Shown here: piece by piece, positions 1 to 10,749 of the stretch
Position numbering within the stretch: position 1 is the stretch's first letter
How the letters are laid out: every line of letters begins with the position of its first letter
Assembly (NCBI GenBank): GCA_022605425.2
Contig: CM061255.1
Location: 124,001-188,000 of the forward strand
Source of the DNA: Hamiltosporidium tvaerminnensis FI-OER-3-3
Lineage: Eukaryota > Fungi > Microsporidia
Reading direction: 5' to 3'
DNA: 64,000 nt
Translations under genes and position numbers: made by a program
Notes under the pieces: model-generated
What the model saw: the letters and a program-made list of their open reading frames with translations, nothing else
What the model was told of the DNA's origin: nothing
The model's database searches: none

Positions 1-1
1 G

Positions 2-1864
2 GTTGCTATTACTGTCTAACAGTGTGTTATTACTACTGTTATCTAACAGGTTATTACTACTACTGTCTAACAGGGTGTTAATACTATTGTCTAACAGGGT
101 GTTATCATTACTGTTGTCTAACAGGTTATTACTACTACTGTCTAACAGGGTGTTATTACTACTGTTGTCTAATAACCTATTATCATTACTACTAGTACCT
201 GTGTTATATGTCTCATCATTAAAGGGTGTTATATTACCTAATATATCATTACTATTATAACACCCTTTATTATCTTCTCCTTCTATAACAGTAATATCAT
301 CTACCTTTAATTCATTTAACCCTTTATCTTTAGATTTATTTCCTAAAGCCTCTTTAATAGAGGGTAATGAACAAAGGGTGTTAATAATAGGAACAGTAGA
401 GGTATTATTAAAAGTGTTATCACCAAAGGGTATTTCCTCAGTAGTGTTATTAAAGGGTATTTCCTCAGTAGTGTTATTATTAAAGGGTACTTCCTTATCA
501 CTAAAGGGTACTTCCTTATTAACACCCTCTATTTCCTTTATAACCTCTTCATCCTTATTAACACCCTCTAATCCCTTTATACCCTCTAATTCCTTTATAC
601 CCTCTTCATCCTTATTAACACCCTCTAATCCCTTTATACCCTCTTCTTCCTTATTAACACCCTCTAATCCCTTTATACCCTCGTCATCCTTATTAACACC
701 CTCTATTTCCATTATACCCTCTTCTTCCTTATTAACACCCTCTTCATCCTTATTAACTCCCTCTAATTCCTTATTAACACCCCCCTCTCCTATATCACTA
801 TACTTACTTTCCTTCCCTTTAAATTTACTGTTATTTTCACTTTCCTTAATAACACGTACAACATTAACAAGCCATTTACATAAAACACTTCTTATTTTAT
901 CACCCCACATCCAATACATACAAACATAAAGCATAACCATTTCTTTTATATTATAATACTTTATAAAGTAACCATAACACCCTGCTAATGGTATACATTC
1001 ATTTACAGATGAACTTGGTGAATTAAGAAGATTAACAGTTGTTTTTACATAATTTATAAGTAAATTAACAGGTATATCTATAGAGGGTGTTATTATACTG
1101 TAAATACTTTTTAAGTATTCTTTAGAAATATAACTAGTAACAGGGTGATAGGTAGTAAGGGGGTGATAATTATTAGGTGTGTTAGTAAGAGGGTGTTGGT
1201 TGGATGGTGTGTTAATAAGGGGGTGATAATTATTAGTACTGTTGTTATCACCCTGTTGTTTAGTAGTACTATGACTAACACCCTCTAATACACTATCCTT
1301 ATCACTAACACCCTCCATCATATCCCTACTATTGCTAACACCCTCTAATACACTATCCTTGTCATTAACACCCTCTAATACACTACTACTGTTACTAACA
1401 CCCTCTAATACAGTATCCTTATCACTAACACCCTCTAATACACTACTACTGTTATTAACACCCTCTAATACACTATCCTTGTTATTAACACCCTCTAATA
1501 CACTACTACTGTTATTAACACCCTCCAATCTACTACTATCATTATCACCCCCTAATATACCCTTGTTATTAATACACCTATTCCATATAGATTTATAAAC
1601 ATAAAGACATATTTCAATATCAGATTCTATAAGACTATTAACACCCTTTAATACCTCTTTACAATATATTCTATCTAAATATTTAGCACATATTATCTTA
1701 TTAGAGGTGTTAGCATTACAATAATTATTATATATATTATAAAGGGTGTTATCCTTAAACATAGATAGATAAGTTGTTATTTTATCTAAGAGTTGTCTAA
1801 CACATGTTAAGTTATTAGCAATATTAGTATTATTGTTGTTATGAGTATTAATAAGGTTGTATGG
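2..1864 (-). CDS. 3' continuation of the 3372 gene after a 1-nt frameshift; runs off the window edge
   Basis: Read by hand, this frame has no stop from about 1864 to position 2 (NLINTHNNNNTNIANNLTCVRQLLDKITTYLSMFKDN...LEGVNN repeats...IPLAGCYGYFIKYYNIKEMVMLYVCMYWMWGDKIRSVLCKWLVNVVRVIKE...). It is absent from the ORF track because it has no stop in the window. Confidence 0.7.
520..790. repeat. Coding minisatellite (TTAACACCCTC-containing units, EGVNKEEEGIKGL on the minus strand)
   Basis: Tandem imperfect ~21/39-bp units visible in the sequence. Confidence 0.85.
1270..1530. repeat. Coding minisatellite, 30-bp unit (TAACACCCTCTAATACACTA..., VLEGVNNKDS)
   Basis: About 8 tandem 30-bp units. Confidence 0.9.
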
Positions 1865-3372
1865 TTAGTATGATTGTTATTATAACCACCATCATTATCA
1901 TTATTATAACCATTATCCTTACTATTGTCAACACCCTTATTATTGTTATCTCTTGGATTACCGTTAGAATCTATATCTACTGTGTTATATTCTAAATCTA
2001 CTGTCTCTGTTATAAAATTATAATTATTTATATCTGTATTATAATTAAAACCCTTATAATTATTAGAGAATTCAAAATAATTATTTACTTGGGAATAACA
2101 GGTGTTAATGTATATATGGTTAGAATTAGAGGGTGTGTCAATAACACCCTTATAATCATTAGAGGATATGAAAATATTACTGTAGGTGTTATTTACAGGG
2201 GGAATTGAAAAATTACTTTTATTTTCTAAGGTTTGGAAATAAAGGTGTTGTTTTATAATAAAGTGTTTAACAGTAGAAAGATCTGAGATAAGGAGGGTGT
2301 TAATTAAAGTATTGTTATTTAAAGGGGTATTAGTATCTGTACTAATGGTTAAAGGGGTATTAGTATCAGTACTAATAGTCAAAGAGGTGCTATTACTAGT
2401 AGTATTACTAGTACTATTGGTTAAAGGGGTGTTATTACTAGTACTATTAGTTAAAGGGGTGTTACTAAGTAACTCTTTAACGTTTGTTTCTACTTCTTTA
2501 TCTATAAGGGTGTTAATACTGAGAGACTGTAAATAAAGGGTGTTAATACCAGGTGACTTGTTTAAAATACAATTAATTCGGTGTAAAAGAGTATCAATGT
2601 ATAAAGAAGGGTAGTTAGTAAGATAAGAGGTGTAATTTATATTATAATGTTCACATATATACATATAAAGGTCTAAAGCTTGTTTTATGTTAAAAGGAAT
2701 GAATTGTTGAAGAAGAAGAAGAATACCTGTTATTACTTCATTTTGACTGTTAGAATTGTTTATGCAATTATTTAGGGTTAAGGTAGGGTTAGTATTATCT
2801 AGATTGTTAACACCCTTATAATTATTATCTAATACTTCTTTGTTTATGCATTCATCTGCGATAGGATTGTCTAGATTATTGACACCCTCATAGTTATTAT
2901 CTAATATTTCTTTGTTTATGCAATTATTTAGGGTTGGGGTAGGGTTAGGGACCGGTTTATGTTCTATTATTTCTTTGTTTATGCATTCCTCTAAGTTAGT
3001 CTCTCTTTCTTTATAATTAACACCCTTTAATATATCCTTATTACTTGTATTAATAATGTACTTATTTAAAGGGGTGTAATGGTTAGTCCATCGTAAAAGA
3101 TTAAGAGTTTCTATATCTGTATGTTGGGGTGTTAAATACTGTAATATCTTAAAGAGTTCATTAACAGCATGAATGCCGTATGTGTTAACATTACAGAAAG
3201 GGTGTTGTAATAACAATGGTACATATTCTGTAAGAAAGAGTTTTGTCCCGTTTTCTTTTAAGTACTGTTTTATACGTTCGTATAGTTGTAGTAAATAAGG
3301 GTCCGGAGTTGAGGATGAGAGGTTGGCTATTAAAACGTTTAGTGGGTGGTTTTGTGGTGGAGGCTGTTGCAT
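1807..3372 (-). CDS. 5' part of a large hypothetical protein with Asn-rich low-complexity inserts; appears to continue in another frame
   Basis: 521-aa ORF with ATG preceded by CCCC (3385-3388). Its last ~18 codons (TTLLILITTIILILLIT) look out of frame, and a second frame opens at about 1864. Confidence 0.75.
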   Translation of the reverse strand: MQQPPPQNHPLNVLIANLSSSTPDPYLLQLYERIKQYLKENGTKLFLTEYVPLLLQHPFCNVNTYGIHAVNELFKILQYLTPQHTDIETLNLLRWTNHYTPLNKYIINTSNKDILKGVNYKERETNLEECINKEIIEHKPVPNPTPTLNNCINKEILDNNYEGVNNLDNPIADECINKEVLDNNYKGVNNLDNTNPTLTLNNCINNSNSQNEVITGILLLLQQFIPFNIKQALDLYMYICEHYNINYTSYLTNYPSLYIDTLLHRINCILNKSPGINTLYLQSLSINTLIDKEVETNVKELLSNTPLTNSTSNNTPLTNSTSNTTSNSTSLTISTDTNTPLTISTDTNTPLNNNTLINTLLISDLSTVKHFIIKQHLYFQTLENKSNFSIPPVNNTYSNIFISSNDYKGVIDTPSNSNHIYINTCYSQVNNYFEFSNNYKGFNYNTDINNYNFITETVDLEYNTVDIDSNGNPRDNNNKGVDNSKDNGYNNDNDGGYNNNHTNHTTLLILITTIILILLIT

Positions 3373-3409
3373 CTTCTTTTTTTAGGGGTGTTGTTATTTT
3401 TAGTTATAA

Positions 3410-3800
3410 ATTTAAGGGGTGTTAAATTGTACGAATAGGATACATATAGATAAGAGGGTGTTAAATAAGGGATAATAGTATTGGTGGAATAGAGGGTGTT
3501 AAATAAGGGATAATGGTATTGGTTGATAAGAGGGTGTTAAATAAGTTATATGTGTATGATGGATAAGAGGGTGTTAAATAAGGGACATCGTTATAAGTAT
3601 CGTAAAGGGGTGTTAAATAAGGTATATTTATATTAGTATCGTAAAGGGGTGTTAAATATGTGATATGTGTATGATGGATAAGAGGGTGTTAAATAAGGGA
3701 TATTGGTATTAGTATCCTAAAGGGTGCTATTAGTTTCTCTTATTACAAGATTTAAAGGGTGTTAGTTCTAATAAATAACTATAAAGTTAAAGGGGTGTTA
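3410..3800. repeat. Intergenic tandem repeat (GATAAGAGGGTGTTAAATAAGG-type units) between divergent genes
   Basis: About 10 imperfect copies of GGGTGTTAAATA lie between the 3372(-) and 3855(+) start codons. Confidence 0.85.
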
Positions 3801-3844
3801 TCTTAAGCATCCCTTATTTCATTTTTTTTATTTTTTTTTCTGAT

Positions 3845-3848
3845 CCCC
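3845..3848 (+). promoter_or_regulatory. Microsporidian CCC-like transcription signal
   Basis: CCCC 6 nt upstream of the ATG, after a T-rich tract. Confidence 0.6.
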
Positions 3849-3854
3849 TAATTT

Positions 3855-4175
3855 ATGTCTGAGTTACAAAATCATGAGTTGTATGTTTACTCTGCACTTT
3901 TTCTTAGAGAAAGAGAAGGAGTAGTAACAGTTGAATCTTTGAAAGCTATATTTGAACACTTGGGTCTTGATTTCTCACATAAGCTTGCCAGTCAATTTAT
4001 TATGCCAGTTGAAGAATATGATAGAATAATAAGTAATATGGGATCAGCATCTTCAGTCTGTACTACTGCTGATAATGGTGCAGCAAAAGTTGAAGAAAAG
4101 GTTGAGGAAGAGAAAAACGAGGAAGCTAATATCGATGGAGATGTTGAGGTTGATTTTGATGATATGTTTGGGTAA
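3855..4175 (+). CDS. RPLP1: 60S acidic ribosomal stalk protein (P1-like)
   Basis: 106 aa. N-terminal ELYVYSALFL resembles P1 ELACxYxALIL, followed by an Ala/Ser hinge, an acidic EEKVEEEK tract and C-terminal DFDDMFG. P2 cannot be fully excluded. Confidence 0.8.
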   Translation: MSELQNHELYVYSALFLREREGVVTVESLKAIFEHLGLDFSHKLASQFIMPVEEYDRIISNMGSASSVCTTADNGAAKVEEKVEEEKNEEANIDGDVEVDFDDMFG

Positions 4176-4249
4176 TAAATTGTTTTACGGTTTTTATGTT
4201 TTTCTAAAAAAAATTTTCTATTTCTATAAATATATTTGAATTTGATTTG

Positions 4250-5640
4250 TAATTTAAAGAAAATTTATTTTTTATCTGTAATCATAGAAATTCTTAAATG
4301 CAAAAAATTTTATTTTCTTTGAGGATTTAAATGAATTCTTTTGTATAAAAACATTTCTCTTCTTTATGTATATTCTCTACAGTTTTTTTTCTTCTAAAAT
4401 TACTTTTTCTTTTGTTACTTTATATTCTTCTAAGCTGTTTGACAATCATAAATATGAAATATATTTTTTTTACTTTTAAAGGTGATTTCAGAGGCTAGTT
4501 GCATGGCTTAAAGAGCTATTGGCTTTTTGAATAACATTAATTGATCCTCTTTTTCATCTATCTTATGCATTATGTTCTCATTCTGCGCTTTTCGTAGGTA
4601 TAAAGTAACTATTTAGACAGTTTTCTTTACCAATATTGATTGTATGCCTCTATATTCTTGGGTATTTGTAATCTTTTAAGGTATTTCTTATGGTATTTTC
4701 TAAAAATACTATCTCAGTATGAGATATGGGAATATTCCAACATCTAACTTGTAAAAAAATCACCATTCTTTGGTTAATAAGTCATATTTCTTAGTGGTCA
4801 GTTCAAGTTTTTGATATGAATATTCGAAATGATTCTTTAATAAAACAAAGAATAATCGTAATTTTTCTCTTATAAAAAAATATATATCGAATCGCATTTT
4901 AATTTTAAAAACGGATTTTTTTCTGATCTTCACTATTATTTCCAATCTTCAACTTTTAGAATCTCTTGAACGGATTGATTCCTAATTCTTTTTTTTAGAA
5001 AAACCTATATCTATTTGAAATAAGCAACTTTATCTGCCTATCAGTTCATTATGACGTCTGGTATATTTATGTCCGCGTGTTTTACCCCATCGATTTGCCA
5101 AACCTCTGATGATTAGGAAATTTATGTATAAAAGTTTCATTCTAATCGACAGAATACATTTATATCTTTTATATAGCAGAACGATAGTTCATCATTTTGC
5201 TTTATATTTCTTTTTCTTTGGGCATTACGTGGAGTGGAAAACACATATAACCTTGGTTTTTTTGCATTATATAACTTTGAATGAAGTTTTCGTTTTTCTA
5301 TTTCGACAAATGATCTGCAAGTCTTAAACCCTGCTGATGCTTTCTTAGTACCTTCTTTTCAAATCTATATTATAGTCTAAAATGTCTTTTGGATTGCAGA
5401 AACGATTTTCCTAGTATTTTCTATTTTTGGTAATTTTATTTTTCTTTCTAATGCACTTTTACTGTTTTCAAAACAGTTAAAAAGTTGCGTGATATTTGTT
5501 TCCTTTTTCGGCTCAACACTATAAATGTATTTTCGATCTTTGGTTCCAGGAAGGTACAAACTCTCTTTAAATCTTAAACAAAGAGGTACCTTGACTTTCA
5601 CGAGCCCAAGTGCCCTACTTTATTGAACTTAGAGAATTCA
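4250..5640 (-). mobile_element. Decayed RLE-type (R4/Dong-like) non-LTR retrotransposon, 3' portion
   Basis: Residual motifs ESLYLPG (ERLYLPR-like), RRHNEL, RFDI (RPDI-like) and KKYDLL. DNA similarity to 48100-49245 (e.g. TTTGCATTATATAACTTTGAAT) and to 27060-27125. Confidence 0.75.
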
Positions 5641-8600
5641 GCGGTTATATTTAAAAAAAGAATAAAGCTTAAATTTTATTCTATTTTTTTGTAATTTCTA
5701 CAGGGATATATTTAAGAAAAATAAATATAATTTCTAATATCAAATAACTCAGTTCTAGAACAATTGTTATTTCTAATTTCTTTTGGTTTAGAAATATAAC
5801 ATGTTTCTTATTTCATGAATAATTCTTACTTCTCAAATGTAAAGTAGTTTGTATTTACATATTTTATATGAATTCTTAGGTATTCAAAAAATTTTCTTAC
5901 TCCTTTATAATATAATAAAGCTTTCAATTCTCTTCACATCAATTTATTTTCTTCTTTGGGATTGCTCTTACTTGATTATTATTTGGGAGAAAACAATTCT
6001 GTTTGTAGTATTTCTTATGACTTTCACTCCTCTTTTAGCATAATTTCTTACTTCTTATTATGTTTGAGAATTAATTTTTATTTTTTTTAGAAATACACGA
6101 ATTAAAAATTTAATATCCAATTAATTTCCTTTGTGGTAATTTTTAGGTTTATCGTTATACTTATTTTTTTTTGTAAACAAAGTTCGATATATATTATTTA
6201 TTTTCAAAATGCTGTTTTAATTCTAATATTTTATTTATCAATTATTATTCTTTGCTGATCTTTATTTTAGAAAATTTAAAAATCTATCAACAAATTTTTT
6301 ACTTCTCAACACATTTAAAGTTATTATATATATCTGTGGGTATCGATGTATTACAAATGCAGATTCTGGGCTGTAGTTTACTTTTCTATTTATTATGTTG
6401 GTTTATTCTGATCTAAATAGCTTTTGGTTTGCAATTGATTTGCTCTATTGTTGTGGCGATTAATATACTGGCATATTGATATGTTTATAAAAGAAATGTG
6501 TTGGATCTAATCTATTCTATATTTTGTCTATCTTGGATTTACTAATAATTTTTATATAAGAATATATTTATTGCTGGAGACTCATAATTTATCTAAAATA
6601 TAAATAACTGTTGGATATTTTAGCAATATGAATGTTTTCACTGTTTTTGTCATTTTCTATGGTGTCTTTTAATAAATCTTGTTTTTATCATTCCTTAGAT
6701 TATTTGTAAAATGAATAATGATATTAAAGCGAGTTGAACGAAGTTAAAACTTAGAATTTCAATTCTAGGTAAAAAAAGATCAATAAATATTGGTTTTTTA
6801 TGTCTATTTTCCATTGTTATATATTCCAAAGTGTATTCGGCAAAATAGAAAGACAAAATCAGAAGCAATAATTTTAGTTAGTTTATGAATTCTAATTTTC
6901 TTTTATTTAATAGAAAAGATATCTTAAAGTTTAATACTTCTAAATATATATTATTAAGATATTAGGAACTTTGGAAGTTATGATTTACTTATAGTTGCGA
7001 ATTATGATTAAAAGAATCAATCATAATATGAAGTATGCATTTTAGTTAATTAGTAGTGTGTTTTACTTTGTATTTAAAATATTTTATTCATTTTATATTT
7101 TTTTATAGATTCTTGCATCTTGGAGGATTTTTCCAAGCCTGTTTTTTTTTTATTTTAATTTTTTAACTGTCTTTTTGTGTTTAAAAATTCACTATGAAAA
7201 TAAATTTTTTATATTTAGATTTAATATTATACCATTACTTAAATCCAAGTGTAATGTATGATGGGATGTGGCAATGTTTATTTTAATCTGATTTTTTTCT
7301 GAGCACAATTTAATTAAAAATTTAAGCTTTCCGATAATTCAAATCAAAAGATTATTGATTTAAGTGAGTTTGAAGTCTGATATAAGCAATAAAAACAAAA
7401 TTCGATAAAGGAATGAAATTTTGGCAAAATATGATACTATAGAAACTCAGGTGATTTTTTTCCTATGTAAAAATACTTGATTTTTGCTCAATAAATATAA
7501 ATCAATGTTTATGATCACATTAATTATTACAAAACGTGTCGGTAGTATATAATAAATTTAAGATTCTCAACTAGATGAGGAAAATCTACTTCGTTTCTTT
7601 TATATTTGCCTTCTTTGTTCTCTATCATTTTTTTATGTTTAAAACATTAGAGCTGCATTTTATAAACTAGACTTCGTATAGAAATTGTATTCATCTCTTA
7701 AATTTATACTTAGAAAGCCTTTTTAAACATTGATTGATAAGAGCCATCTTTTACAAAGTTTATTTAGTCTAGGATGCAAGCCGATTTCTTTTTAAATAGA
7801 TGCATCGTTATTATATTTTGACATAAATATGGTATCTATGGGCATTATCATCTCAAAATTGTACTGTATAATTTCGAGTTTATTTTATTATTTTGGTTTA
7901 ATAAAATCGGAATAGCTAGCAAATATTCCATGATCAGTTCCAACTTTTTTTATCAACAAAATAGTCGAATGATTTAGCCTTAAAATGGGCCTTTGTTATA
8001 TATTTTAGGTTATGTTTTAAAATATATCATATTTTTTCGTTTTTTTACGGTATAGTGTTGACTGGATTACTAAGTGATATACAAGAAGAGGTTTAGCTCT
8101 AACTGGTTGTTGTTTTGTCTAAATTAATTCAAGTTTTGGCATTGCATGTCTTTACGTTCTTTGAAATATACAAATCACGAGTAGGCTTAGTATGAAATAC
8201 TCATTTATGTATTTTTGTGATCGTACACGTTAGCGATAGGAGTTTCAATTTTTATTCCCAGGTTTGATTTAGTCAATTGCTAAAGGAAAAATGATTATTT
8301 TAGAGTGTTTGCACACCACTGAAGTGTGTAATTTCAAAACTTAATTATTCTAAAATTAAATTGAATAAAATATAATATACTTCTTAAAAATATATTATCG
8401 ATTCAAAATCAGTTGGATTTTTTTATTTTTCATTTCGGAGATACTCTGCTTTATATCTAATTGTAGTTTGTTTTTGACCTAAAATATCCATGTTATCATT
8501 CTGATTCGTTATTTCGAATGCACATAGATGAATCTCTTTCTAGATATTTATTAGATAGATTTGACAAAGTTTTTATTTTTTATCGCAGCTTTTCAATTTT

Positions 8601-8736
8601 ACTTTAAATTTGAGTCAATTGGTCACAAAAAATTAAAACTTAAAGATTATAACCAGTAAATAAAATAAACAAATAAAGATAAAACTTAAAATACTTTTTG
8701 ACATAATTTACTAATAAATACCTCTAAACATAAGTG

Positions 8737-9495
8737 TTATTCTCCAGAGCGTTTATTTGCGCGAGAAATGAGATTCTGTGATAAATTATTGTCGTTTGTA
8801 ACACCATATATCATAAATAAAATATAATCGATGAATTGAGTATTTTTAATTTTATCTAAATTAACTTTGAATTTGCTGGCAGTGATTAGTTTGTAAATAT
8901 TTAAATCAAATATAAATTCATAAATAAACAATTCGTTGCTGTTGTAATGAATATAAAGATTACAAATGGAGTCTTCATTAATTTTTTCGCTAAATTTTTT
9001 TATATTCGTGTATAATTCTAGAAGTTTAAATATTTCGTGATTTTTACAAATCATTTTAAGAATATTTCGTAACAAAAAACCCAATTCTTTCTCAATTCCC
9101 AATGAAATAAATTTATTTAGATTCCATCCGAACTCAAAAACTATGTTTCTTTGTTTCGCCACATTTATTTTATACTCATTCTTAGAAAAGTAAGAAAAAT
9201 TAATAGAAATTTTGTCAAAAAATGTGTGTCTTTGTCTTGAAAAATTTATTGAATTATCATTTTTGAAGTTATGAATTAATCCGACAGTTTTTTTTTCTTT
9301 CTTAAAAAAATAAATTATTATTTCTTTGCCTTTACAATGTTCGGATGCTAATTTGCCTTTTTCGGATTTTAAAAATAAATTTATCATTTTTTCATATTTT
9401 TCTGAAATTTTTTTAATTTTGTTTCTACAATTTAAGAATATGAAAAATGCTAAAACGCTAATTAGTAAAAATACGAACAAAACCTTTCCTTTCAT
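8737..9495 (-). CDS. Hypothetical protein with N-terminal signal anchor/signal peptide (~252 aa)
   Basis: The ORF track starts at TTG 9507. The first ATG is at 9495, preceded by GGGG (9502-9505), and is followed by hydrophobic VLFVFLLISVLAFFIFL. Confidence 0.7.
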   Translation of the reverse strand: MKGKVLFVFLLISVLAFFIFLNCRNKIKKISEKYEKMINLFLKSEKGKLASEHCKGKEIIIYFFKKEKKTVGLIHNFKNDNSINFSRQRHTFFDKISINFSYFSKNEYKINVAKQRNIVFEFGWNLNKFISLGIEKELGFLLRNILKMICKNHEIFKLLELYTNIKKFSEKINEDSICNLYIHYNSNELFIYEFIFDLNIYKLITASKFKVNLDKIKNTQFIDYILFMIYGVTNDNNLSQNLISRANKRSGE

Positions 9496-10749
9496 CTTCT
9501 TCCCCAAAGTTTTTCTCTTTATATTTCTTTTAGTTTTAAATTTATCAGATAATTAAATTATTTAATTAAACTTATTCACAGATATTTTATTGTTTAATAG
9601 AATATTAAATAACGACTAACGATTTGTAAATTAAAAATAGATTCAAAATACTATTTGGCGATTTTCATCTCAAACTAAATGAGTCTATAAAAGAAAGAAA
9701 TTTTATACACTCTTTTTGGTTTATTAATAAAAATATGCATTTTAGAATCTTATCTGGAAATAAATTTGTTCCATATTAACTATTTAAATATCTAACAACA
9801 TTCAATAGAAGCTTAATCAATTAAATTCCAAAACATTTAATCTCTCATATAAATTCATCTTCTGTAGAACGTCTCTTAGAACTAATTTCGAAACAAACGA
9901 ATATTTTCTAAGTAAAAACTTAAAAGGGTATCCTCAATCTAATTGAAATTAAAATAGACCTGAAGATTGGGTCTGAAATCAATGACATGTTTGTAACAAA
10001 ATTTTTAAACTCTGAGTAAAAAGTGCTATAAATTATTTATAAAATAATTAAAATAACATAATGCATTTAATATATTTGAGGACCATCTGGATTAAAATCA
10101 TTAGATTTTTTCCCGATTAAGATTAGAATTGGTTTGAAAAAGATCCAAAAATTTCAAGACGAAAACAATTATGTTAACTGCGCACAATTTAACATGTTTT
10201 TTATCTTATATATGGGACTTAATAAATGTTTCGAAATTTAAATTTATTGGCTTAGTAACAAATTAGATTAAAACCAAGAAGTAACGAGTATTTAACTGTT
10301 TTTGATTAATATTGGTGGTTTAAGAAGCAATAATCAATCAAATGTATGGTGTCACTTTCTTTTACATTTCGATTTAAATATAATAGAAATGCCGGAACGA
10401 GTAACAAATTCTGTTTTGTACTCGAAGGTTGTCTTCACATCTTAATTTTGGATCAATATAAATGTTTGATGTGACTAGATAAGACGTGGCAAGGAAGGGA
10501 GATACGGTATTTCTTTTGTCAGAATAAATATAAATTAAAATCTAAAAGACGGGTCTTGTGCTCTTTTGCTGAGATTCTTTAAATAACTTTGCAAAGACAG
10601 GATCAGACATCTGAATAAAATTATATCTAGTTTAGGGATTATAAATAAGAAACATATATATTAAATTGAAAAGGAGGATTTTATACTCGAAATGGCTATA
10701 ATTACAAAAAAAAACTCGCTTCAACTCTTCTAAACATAAGAACTAAAAA

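Noticed and set aside
3-2536. Plus-strand Leu/Ser-rich ORFs (3-260, 378-929, 1332-1598, 2297-2536) and 343-525(-)
   Set aside because: Antisense or alternative-frame shadows of the repeat-rich minus-strand gene.
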